Position numbers and translations under genes: made by a program. A stretch of DNA of 64,000 nt. It comes from Schmidtea polychroa (lineage: Eukaryota). Of the stretch, positions 12,710 through 22,747 are shown piece by piece. The DNA is taken from assembly GCA_044892525.1 (NCBI GenBank), contig CM097885.1, positions 32,862,001 through 32,926,000 of the forward strand, in the 5' to 3' direction. A model generated the notes under the pieces. The model worked only from the letters and a program-made list of their open reading frames with translations, was not told where the DNA came from and did not search any database. Numbering within the stretch: the first letter of the stretch is position 1; each line of letters starts with the position of its first letter.

Positions 12710-13685
12710 TTTCAAGAACGAAATAAAACCAGATGTATTTGTCTATAAAACTAGGTAATTATTGGCCCCCTGTAGCAACGTCCCCCTCGCCAACAGTCAA
12801 CACTAAAGAAGAAAGCAATGAAATCATCAATTTGATTTGTAGTTTTTACTTTATTAATAGCTTTTATAAAATAATTAAATTAAATATTTAAAAAGTAATA
12901 ATTTGAAATAATATAGAAAATAGATAAAATATAATTTTAGAAGATCATTAGAATTTTAAAATCGAAATATAAACATTTTTTAAAATATTTAAATTGCCTA
13001 TATAAATAAACAAGTTTGCAGATATTTTTATTCTGTGATTTAGCGAATTTACAAGTAAATTTACAAGCGTCTCCTGCATAGTACTGATGAGAGCCAAAAT
13101 CTCGAAACTAGTCTACTATTTTAGATTCTTAAAAGTTGTTTATTTATTACCAATTACACACATGCACGCGTACAGTCAGCATTCTACTTCTAAAGTATGT
13201 ATGTATATATTAAAATTATATAGTTTTTATTTGATAGAGTGATGGCCTGTTTATAAGTCTATATAATAAAACTATATAGTCTGTGTGATTTTATCTACAT
13301 ATTTATTAAATTACTAATAGTAAAAAATCTAGAACGCCTATCTTTTGCAGAATCTTTTACGTCGGGGTTTTTACATCAAATCTTTATAAAGTTTTTCAAC
13401 ATCTTTTATTGTACATTTTTACACCTCATTATTTTTTCACATGGCCTGTTTTTAATTTTGTTTAATCACAATGTTTATCACAATTTCAAGAACGAAATAA
13501 AACCAGATGTATTTCTATAAAACTAGGTAGTTATTGGCCCCCTGCAGCAACGTCCTCCTCGACAACAGTCAACACTAAAGAAGATAATTTACATTTTTAC
13601 ATTTTTACATTTTTACACCTCATTATTTTTTCACATGGCCTGTTTTTAATTTTGTTTAATCACAAATGTTAATCACAATTTCAAG
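12710..13685. repeat. interleaved local direct duplications (A 12710-12812 = A' 13484-13584; B 13412-13490 = B' ~13606-13685)
   Basis: Direct sequence comparison; B/A' junction shares TTTCAAG; (TACATTTT)x3 at the A'/B' junction. Confidence 0.85.
13078..13119 (+). ncRNA. minimal type I hammerhead ribozyme
   Basis: ATAGTA-CTGATGA-GAG(CCAAAAT)CTC-GAAAC-TA-GTC-TACTAT: 6-bp stem I, canonical core, 3-bp stem II, palindromic minimal stem III, GUC cleavage triplet. Confidence 0.8.
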
Positions 13686-13801
13686 CGTCTTTCTCAACCT
13701 CTTTTGTTTCTTTAACCTTTAGACGCGTAAAGCGACTATGTCGGTGAATTTATTTTCCTCTTCGACGCGTTAAGCCGAATTTTTTGAGCCCCTCTCCCCC
13801 A

Positions 13802-13821
13802 ATATATATACAAATATATAT

Positions 13822-13894
<73 letters not shown>
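13802..13894. repeat. (TA)n microsatellite
   Basis: Direct observation. Confidence 0.95.
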
Positions 13895-13896
<2 letters not shown>

Positions 13897-14106
13897 AATG
13901 TAACAGATTCCTAACAAAATGACGTATGGTAATTATAAATATTTTAAACAATTTATTTAAATTTAATTATAATGATTGCAAAAATTCGGTTTAATATACC
14001 TATAAATTTAGTCATACTTATTTGGATTTTTTTTCAAAATATCGTCATAAAAATCATAAAAATATTTATAATATTTAACATTAAAAAATTGAAAATATTT
14101 TGGCTT

Positions 14107-14919
14107 TTAAATTGTATTCTGAAACCACAAATGATTGAGGAATTCATTCAAGTTTATTCTGTCCTCAGGGTTAAAAGCTAAACATTTGTCAATCAGGTTT
14201 CTGGCATTTTCTGAACATTTGTAATATGGGATAGAAGTTATATTCTCATAATCATTCTCGGTATTAAAAAGTAATCTTTTTTCAATGGAAATATAAAGTA
14301 AACATCCAATTTCGAAAACCATATTTTTCTTGATATCGTATGTCTTTTCTTTGACTGCCTCATAGCTTGAATATCCGAGAGTACCAATCCATCCACGACG
14401 TTTAGGATTTTCGTTTAATTTCTCATAAAGGGAACTTTCGAAGTCTATAAATTTGATATTGTAAGTTATACTATTTATCATAATATTTTTATGTTTTATA
14501 TCTAAATGATAAACACCTTTACTGATTAATTTCTCTAAACCTTTGATTACATTTGTTATAACCTTTCTCATCATAATTTCACTTATTACATTTGTATTAA
14601 TAAACTCTAGCAAGTCCATCCAATCTCCATTGAGGTTTTCCATAATAATTGCAAATTCTGTCTCAGACTGAATACAATCTAAAACTTTCGGACTGAAATT
14701 TTCTTTTTCAATAAAATCTAGAAATAATAATTCATTTGGTATTGGAAACGGATAAACTTTATTTCGAATAAACAAATAATCTTCAGATTTTAAGAAACAT
14801 TTAATGACAACAGTTTTATGATCTAGATTTTTGTTCGATTTGTTTTCAGCTTTATAAATTATGCTCTTTTCGGTATCATGGATTATTGAAATTAATTTAT
14901 AATTTTTATTATTAATCAT
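14107..14919 (-). CDS. divergent PIM-like Ser/Thr protein kinase, 270 aa, intronless
   Basis: VVIK, IPNELLFL, WMDLLEFI, YHLDIKHKNIMI, IKFIDFE, IGTLGY, CLAFNPEDRINLNEFLNHLWF. Confidence 0.85.
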   Translation of the reverse strand: MINNKNYKLISIIHDTEKSIIYKAENKSNKNLDHKTVVIKCFLKSEDYLFIRNKVYPFPIPNELLFLDFIEKENFSPKVLDCIQSETEFAIIMENLNGDWMDLLEFINTNVISEIMMRKVITNVIKGLEKLISKGVYHLDIKHKNIMINSITYNIKFIDFESSLYEKLNENPKRRGWIGTLGYSSYEAVKEKTYDIKKNMVFEIGCLLYISIEKRLLFNTENDYENITSIPYYKCSENARNLIDKCLAFNPEDRINLNEFLNHLWFQNTI

Positions 14920-15539
14920 TTTTTGTTTAAGTTAATTAATTAGATTTTAATTTTTAAATTGAAATAATATTATAAAATAATTTATTTAATGTACATTTGA
15001 TTGGATAAAATTTAAACAATTTATTATTTATTGTTTTTAGTTTTTGTGAATTTTGCAATATATTGCTTATTGATAAGACGTAATTATAAAATTGGGACCT
15101 CAAAATATGCATTGTGATATTATAAAAAAACATTAAAATATTAAAAACTTTTTCTGATAAATCCGAAGCTAGATACACTCAAAGAACAAGTGATAAAGGA
15201 GTCTGAGAAAATTTAAGTTTTAGTTCTATATATTTGAACATAAAACTAAGAAACATATTCTGGAGTAACACATAACGAAAAAATTAACAAGTGGAATAGA
15301 ATTTTTGACACCAAAGTAGGTAGTTAGTGGCTTACCGCAACAATTACCCCCCTAGGGGGGGTGGGGGTAAATTGTTGCAACTTTTTATTACGCAATTGTT
15401 GCAACTCACATTTTTTGCTTTCAGGGAGTTTTAGTACAAATTTTTTTTTATCAGACTTTAGTTGGTGGTTATTCAATATTTTGAAAATAAATTTAAAAAT
15501 CTTAGTTTAATTTACTTATTACATTACTTATTTAAAAAT

Positions 15540-16362
15540 TATTACTTTAATTTACTTTTTTAAAATTCTTGACCATTCATTACTTAATTTTAAAATTTGG
15601 ACCTTAATTAACTTTAATTTAATTTTTTAGTTCCTTAATTTACTTTAATTTAAAATTTTGAACCCTAATTAACTTTAATTCAAAAATCTGAACCTTATTT
15701 TACTTTAAGTTAAAAAATTTGGACCTTAATTTATTTTAATTTTAAATTTTGAACCTTAATAAACTTTAATTCAAAAATTTGGACCTTAATTAACTTTTAA
15801 TTTAATTTTTTAGAACCTTAATTTACTTTAAGTTAAAAAATTTGGACCTTAATTTATTTTAATTTAAGATTTTGAACCTTAATTAACTTTAATTCAAAAA
15901 TCTGAACCTTAATTTACTTTAAGTTAAAAAATTTGGACCTTAATTTACTTTAATTTTAAATTTAACCTTAATTCAAAAGTTTACCACGCTTTTTTATTGT
16001 AGACCACCTTTTTCTATTGAAATTCTCAGTACCAAGGAGACCCACCTTAATTTACTTTGAAAATTCCATGCTTTTTTAGTGGTAATTCAAATATGTATTG
16101 AAAATATCCTGAAACCTTGTATTACCACTGTTTTTTAGTGTAGACCACCTTTTTCTATTGAAGTTCTCAGGACCAAGGAGACCCACCTAATTTTAATTCG
16201 AAAATTCCATGCTTTTTAGTGGTAATTCAAATTTGTATTGAAAATCCCTGGATTAATCGAGACCCCCTCACTATAGTCTGAAAAATCCATGATTTTTTAG
16301 TGGTAATTCAAATTTGTATTGAAAATCCCTGGATCAATCGAGACCCCCTCACTATAGTCTGA
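15540..16362. repeat. internal tandem arrays of the Maverick-like element (~30-bp, ~140-bp and ~79-bp units)
   Basis: GGACCTTAATTTACTTTAATTTTAAAATTT-like unit repeated ~15540-15970; TAGACCACCTTTTTCTATTGAA..GGAGACCCACC x2; TCCATG..GAGACCCCCTCACTATAGTCTG x2. Confidence 0.85.
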
Positions 16363-16483
16363 AAAAAAAATTTGTACTAAAAATCCCTGAAAGCAAAAAA
16401 TGTGAGTTGCAGCAATTGCGTAGTAAAAAGTTGCAGCAGAAGCCCCCCCCGGGGGTCATTGCTGCGGTAAGCTACTCACTACC

Positions 16484-17846
16484 TACTGAAAGGAATTAAA
16501 ACTTTCAAAGCTCGGTCCAAAATTAATCCATATTCTCCTCTTCTTTTTAACCAGAAATCATTCAAGAAATCTTTGCTAAATTCACTTTTCAGTTCACCAT
16601 CACATGAAAGGTCGATGAGCTGATCTCTTTCTTGTGCAGAAAAGTCAACTGGCAATTCAGCTTCAGCAAATGGATTTCGTATCCAACTTCTAACAACCAA
16701 ATTTTCTGGAAAGTAGGACCTGAAATTCAAAATCAATTGCAAACAATGATTTTTTATATCTTCAACCAAGTCTGGATGCATTGGAAGATCATTCTCTGTC
16801 AAAAATGTTTGCAATGACATGCCACTATTTTAAAATGTTCAACACGGACTTTATAAGCGTAAGCTTCTTAATTATTGCATTTACTGTCAGCAACCACAAA
16901 TGGATTTATATTTCGACCTTGCAAACTCAAATTTAACTCGTTCAGATTACCAAAGATATCAGCTAAATAGACCAATCTCATTAGCCACAACTCATTCAAA
17001 AATAAGTCGCGTCTTTCATAGCTACTATCCATCAAAAACATTTGAGCTTCTTCGCGAAGTTCAAAGAGTCGAGTTAACACTTTTCCTCGTGACAACCATC
17101 TTACCTCTGTGTGCAAAAGAAGCTTCTTGTGATCACTCCCCATTTCATTACATAATATTGAAAACATTCGAGAGTTGAGAGCCCGAGCTTTTATTAAATT
17201 AACAACTTTAACTGATTCATCCAGAACGTGTTTTAAACTAGCAGGCATCGCTTTGGTAGCAAGAGCTTCACGATGGATACTGCCTTGGGTAAACATAGCT
17301 TCTAGTGCAACTTGTTGAAATTTGGTTACCACTCCTCCATGTTTGCCAGTCATTGCAGTTGCCCCATAAGAGCAAATTCCAACACAATTTAGCCATTTAC
17401 GGTCATGAAATTATAAAATTTTTTAAATATTTCTGTAGCAGTTTCCGACCAGCTAATGGCTCACAACACTGAAATTCTTCTTCAACCGACTGTTCAAATT
17501 CATAGCTAACATACACCATCAGCTGTGAAAAGTTTGTAACATCTGTACTCTCATCTAACTGAATCGCAACGAATTTGCTCTGCTGAATTTTTTGAATGAG
17601 AATTGATTTAACTTGTGCTGCTAATTCGTGAATTCTTCGAGAAACAGTACTATCGGACAAAGGAACGACATCCAGTTTCTTGACAGCATTTGGTCCTAGT
17701 ACAGATGACACAATATCTTTTGCTGCAGGCAATATCAGAGTCTCCCCTATTGTATACGGTTTTCCAGTTTGAGCAATTCTCAGACTGACCAAATATGATG
17801 CCTCCAAGCTTTTCGAATTAACTGATGTTAATAGTTTCAGTGTGTT
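16484..17846 (-). pseudogene. near-identical duplicate of hAT transposase segment 10419-11781
   Basis: Constant 6065-bp offset, same frameshifts, only two substitutions noticed (ACTATC/ACTTTC; CACAAT/CATAAT). Confidence 0.95.
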
Positions 17847-18239
17847 CCTACAGGGGGTCATTGCTGCGGTAAGCTACTAACTACCTACTCACCAACAATC
17901 CAGAAGATCAAATATTCTATATATTTCCGGTTAATTTGAAATGTCTTTTTCTAAACTTCAATCGACCTTCAAATTCGTCCAACTGGTCATCTTAAGTTAG
18001 ATGAGGTCAAGGAACATAAATAATTTTTGATTTATTTTAAGAAGTCTTAAATTATGTATATACAAAATATAAAATAAAATATTTTTTTTAAAGTAAAAAT
18101 TTCAATTTTTATATTAAAATGTTTATATTTATTTTAATTGCTAACGTTCTAAAATTGAAACATGACGTCATACAGAACAAGAAATTCTAATCAAAAAAAA
18201 TTATTATTGTAATTATTGTGTAACATTGGTAAGATAATG

Positions 18240-18289
18240 GGGTTGTGCATACCCATAGGGGTACGCGTACCACCGGTTGAGAACTTCTG
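18240..18289. mobile_element. hAT (Buster/Charlie-type) terminus, possibly the far end of the 9659 element
   Basis: GGGGTACGCGTACCACCGGTTGAGAACTTCTG is inverted relative to CAGCGGTTCTCAACC at 9659; TSDs do not match. Confidence 0.5.
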
Positions 18290-18299
18290 GGATAGATAA

Positions 18300-18916
18300 T
18301 GTTTCTGAATAATTTGAAAAATGAAGTTTGTAAATATTTTGAAGTACTACAGGTTTCATTAAAAAATTATTTCAACATGGATGGAAAATGAAATCAGCTG
18401 TGGATCGTAATCCATTTCTTTGTGATATTGACTGTAGCGATAATACTGATCTTATCGATCTTAGATAAAAGTCTTTGTTAAAAATGGATTTTGATTCAAA
18501 AACACTTGGAGAATTCTGATCTCTTTAGTGAGAAAAGCCTATGTTTTGCTTATAAAAGGATCTATGAAGGCTGTAATTCCATTTGAAACAGTTTACCTTT
18601 GCGAAACAGGCTTTTCCACACTTATAACGATGAAGACAAAAAATCGAAAAAGTTTGAATGCCAAACATGGTATGCGCGTTGCTTTGTCATACCAATCCCA
18701 AAATTCAATTTATTAACTAAGTAAAAACAGCAACAGTCTTCACATTATTAATTTGTTGATGATTTTGAAATATTAATAATAAAATTAAATATTTTATAAT
18801 AATTGATGTTTTTTTAAATTTTTTATCGTTTTATATATTGAAAAGGGGCTGGGCTCCAAATTTTAAAAAGAAATTATAAAAGGTATTCATTACACCGAAA
18901 AGGTTAAGAAACACTG
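18300..18916 (+). mobile_element. 3' part of a second Buster/Charlie hAT transposon
   Basis: IPFETVYLCETGFSTLITMKTKNRKSLNAKHGMRVALS..KQQQSSH; terminus AAAAGGTTAAGAAACACTG at 18916 followed by ATGTAGAT. Confidence 0.8.
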
Positions 18917-19665
18917 ATGTAGATTGTGAGCCAGGTTACTTTTTGATGCGTCATGAGAGCTCATTGTTGATTTTTTCAGAGATAAGATTGAATTGACCTG
19001 ATATTTTGTACCAAAACATAAAGTGAAGTCTGAAAGGTGTAAAATTAAATGTAATTAAATTATAAATTTTTTAAATAATTTTTATTAAAAGTATTTGTTA
19101 CTAAATTTATCAGTATTTAATTAATATTAAGATTTACCAAAGTGCTTCAGAAAAGACTTTGGAAAATTATAAAATAGCACAAATTTGAATAAACAAATTT
19201 TGTAATAAGAATAATAAAGTTTAAATTAACATATTTTTTTTGTATATTTTTCCACGGTTTAAGAGTCTTTTAAGGCTAGGAATCGCATTTATAACAACTA
19301 AATGAAAATAAGAATATTCAAACAAATTAACAACTAATAATCGTAATCAAATTGTATCAAACTAAAAAATATTTTAAATAACAATTTCTTCTTTGTGAAA
19401 ATAAAAAAACATTTTTTAAAATTATTTTAATTTTTTAAAAAACGTACAAAATTTTTAACAATCTCATACATAATTTTTTTTTAAATTAATTTAAAAATTA
19501 AAAATTGTTTTCATACAAAAGATTCCTAAAATTATCACTAATGTGGGTCAATACATTCCGTCGGCAATGCTCAAGGACTCGAGTTCAGAGATGATGGGTA
19601 ATGGCATTACACCCATTACATGAAAATTTATACACGAGCTCTGAACGCAGACCAAAAATCGGTAG

Positions 19666-19760
19666 AAATACATAACAAAAATTCAAAATATGCTTTTTTA
19701 TTTATCCATATAAAAATCGGTAAAACCTTTTTATAATGCATTTTATAATTGTATTAGTTA
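19666..19760 (+). repeat. isolated copy of the mariner 3' end (matches ~27291-27385)
   Basis: AAATACATAACAAAAATTCAAAATATGC..AATCGGTAAAACCTTTTTATAATGC..GTATTAGTTA present at both sites. Confidence 0.85.
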
Positions 19761-19879
19761 TTTATATACATGTTTAAAGAAATATAAGCTTGAATTCTCT
19801 GAAACATTCTGAATAAGGTAATACCAAAACGTAGTTTTGATCAGTGTGTTTAGATCGAATTAGATTGAATTTGGTGAAA

Positions 19880-20133
19880 TGAATAGAACTCCATACCAAA
19901 TTGTCATATCATTGAAATATCAGCTCCAACCTTAAGTGCTTCACGAATGCCTTAGTTCCAGATCTTGCAATTGTTCTCAAATTGTTAATCAAATCTGCCT
20001 TTGTCATTCCGATTCCATTGTCGATAATAGTTAACGTTTCAGCATCTTTATCGGGAATCATTTGAATCGTTAAATCCTTTGTAGTGCCGAGAACTGGTGG
20101 ATTTGTTAGGCTTTTGTATCTTATTTTATCAGC
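19880..20133 (-). pseudogene. HSP90: HSP90 N-terminal ATPase-domain fragment
   Basis: [40 protein letters not shown], then frameshift to [20 protein letters not shown]. Confidence 0.9.
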
Positions 20134-20469
20134 ATGATACACAGCTTCCATTGCATATTCACATTGACATAAACTACTATACAGAGAAAAAGTAGTTGTG
20201 TTTTCATCATATCTTCGAACCGTTATAAAAATTTTCAAAGAACCCAAGAAAAAACCATCAAAACTTTATTTTTCCAAATTTTCGCCACAAAAAGTACCTT
20301 TTAAACAAAACTCTACTTCCCAAAACCAAAAAACAATTAACTCGCAAAACACAGAATAACTTTTATCAAAAAAATGAAATTCAAAAAACAATGTCCGCGT
20401 CTGTGTGTGCACACATAGATCTATGCAAATTCAAAACAACGCCCACACAGGCGCGATAATTAACCTCTA

Positions 20470-21110
20470 ACTTCAACATCAATAGAATCATTATCTTCAT
20501 ATAAACCTGTGCAAGGAGTATCCAACATCCATTTATCAACGGTTTTTTCTTATCATGCGCTCAAGAAAAGATTTAGAATATCCATTTTCAAGAAGCAACA
20601 CAAACATAGAATCAATACTTTTCACTGAATTGATAAATGCGGATAATAGAGACCAAGCACGAAAAACTCTCGGGAATAGTATAAAGACCAGTATCAGTCG
20701 CTTTTCTGTATATTTCAGTCTCATAGTCTTTTTCATTCCGTTGAACGAGCAAATCTAAGAACGGTATTATAGACATTTTTATTCTTCACATGTAAATGTA
20801 ATATTCATATACAAATAATTTATATAATCTAAGAAAGGCCTTACATGCTCACGATTCTCAAACACTAAAAATTATCATCAACATAAAGTTTATACACAGT
20901 TGGTTTAGTTAAATTTTATGATGAAATTATCTTTTCTAAACTTGACATGAAAATAGATGTCGTTGTTGGAGCCAATGGAGAATCCACAGTTACATCATCA
21001 ACCTGTTTATATCACTCATTGTTAGAAAGAAAATTCACACTCGACGTTGCAAATTCAAGTAATTTACGAACTGCAATCTCATAAACTTTCTCATGTTCGG
21101 TAACATTTTC
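20470..21110 (-). mobile_element. Penelope-like reverse transcriptase relic
   Basis: GSPLAPT..IFM, YKLYVDD, ITFTCEE, PFLDLLV, EIYRKATDTGLY motifs with stops and frameshifts. Confidence 0.75.
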
Positions 21111-21117
21111 TTTTTCC

Positions 21118-21142
<25 letters not shown>

Positions 21143-21149
<7 letters not shown>

Positions 21150-21310
21150 GAGAGCTTGAAGACTATAAATCAGTAATATATCGATGTTTTTTGATACTCA
21201 CGAATTTTCGGCACTGCCTTTTTCGAGCGAATTTTCACTTGAAAAAAAGGCAGTGCAAAAAATAATCAGTGGTGAAATTTAAAAAAAAATTCCTATGATA
21301 TATATATTAA
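21143..21310. repeat. dispersed repeat, probable Penelope-like pseudo-LTR (two inverted pieces, mutated hammerhead at 21196-21232 minus)
   Basis: Related copies at 22071-22188, 40410-40526, 56615-56700 and 58623-58768; adjacent to (TA)n and to the RT relic. Confidence 0.65.
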
Positions 21311-21397
21311 AAGATTTGTATTTGATATTGTGATTTTTTATTAATAAAAATTTCTATCACGCAAATAATAATAAAATTCAACAAAATTAATATCCTG

Positions 21398-22047
21398 TTA
21401 AACTAATCCAATGACACAACATGCAAGTCTTCCTCCCGCATTACCACTTGGTTGAGATGCGTATTTATCTTCGTATTCGTGTAGTACTACTGATCTTCCT
21501 ATAACAGAATTAACTCCAATTAGTTTAATAACAGAATCAAATTTTGTGGTAGTAATATTCCCATTTATATTAGATACTACATTTCCTAAATCTCCAATAT
21601 GTCTGTCCGCACTCGTCGGTCCTCCGTGACGTCTAAATTTACATAAAATACCACAAATATCACAACATTTTACCTCTGTAAAGGATTATAGTGCGCTCCG
21701 GCTTTGTTACATGATTCTCTCAAATCTCCAAATTCATGAATATGAAATCCGTGAATTGAATGAGGTTGAAGTCCATTAATATTTATTTTAACATTTACAA
21801 TTTCATTTTTTTGCTCCATTTCTATTAGACCCGAAATTTTGGAATTCAAGTTGAATTGTCCGTTCATTAAACAAATAGCTTTCACACTAATTTGGATTTT
21901 TGGATCTTGATTGAAGTAATGAATGTTAAGACAGCTAATTTTATACAGGTTTATAATCAGTAAAATAATATTTATCTTTTTTTCACTTTTGATGCATTTT
22001 TCCTATAAAATTTTTTTATCTTCATTTATATTTTTACTATAGACCAT
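21398..22047 (-). CDS. Cu/Zn superoxide dismutase with hydrophobic N-terminal extension; exons 22045-22047 (inferred ATG), 21674-22002, 21398-21632
   Basis: HGFHIHEFGD, GAHYNP, RHGGP, RHIGDLGN, GRSVVLHE, GNAGGRLACCVIG; GT-AG introns of 42 and 41 nt restore the frame. Confidence 0.92.
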
Positions 22048-22747
22048 TGTTAAATAGGAATAAAATAATTTTATAAGAACTTTTTCAAATTTTCACCACT
22101 GATTTCTTTTCAATTGACATTGTATTTATTAAACAACTTGACTATAAATCAGAAAATATATCGATGTTTTTTATATTCACGAATTTTTTGATAAAATAAG
22201 TGATTTTGATGAAATATTACTTAGAGTTGAAATCTAAATGAAGATAAATCAAATCCAAAAATAAATTTTTACATCTAGCTTAAACAATTTTTGCCCTAAT
22301 TAAACAGGTTACAATGTTTGAACTTGCATAAACTTATAATTTGCTTAAAATGATAAATAAATTAAATGAAATATAATATTTTCCACATGTCAAATTGTAT
22401 TTGGACAACATGTACTTTTGATAATTACTGTTGACGTTTTCGAACGAATATTTATTGTGTATTAAAATCAATCTCTCTCTGGTGTCACTTTTTGTAATGT
22501 AAATTGTAAATAAATTTTCGTTCTGTGTTAATTTAAACGAAATAAGTAATACATTTTATAAATATTGATTTTCTCGTTAATTAACAAGTTAAATCCATCT
22601 TTAGATCCATCTTTAAATTTGCAGCAAAAATCTCGAAACTAACAATATATATTTAATCAAAGAATTTCTAAATAACAAGTTTTAATTAATTCGCAAAACC
22701 GCCAATTCCAAATTATTTAAACAAACAGATATCTAACTCTCCCCTTC

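Larger units (their letters stand above)
15315..17889. mobile_element. non-autonomous Maverick/Polinton-like element with doubled right end and captured hAT fragment
   Basis: Termini AGTAGGTAG..CTACCTACT; ~130-bp TIRs at 15315-15450 and 16361-16487; extra 43-bp terminus 17847-17889; 6-bp TSD CACCAA at 15309-15314 and 17890-17895. Confidence 0.8.

Noticed and set aside
13736..13951. ORF with YIYIYI repeat
   Set aside because: Translation of a (TA)n microsatellite.
15540..15970. Regular ~30-bp repeats resembling a CRISPR array
   Set aside because: Head-to-tail degenerate units without unique spacers, inside a eukaryotic TIR element, no cas genes.
19909..20247. 112-aa ORF as a functional HSP90
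   Set aside because: Only an internal fragment, with frameshift, stop and a G-to-R change in NNLGT; its N-terminus is unrelated sequence.
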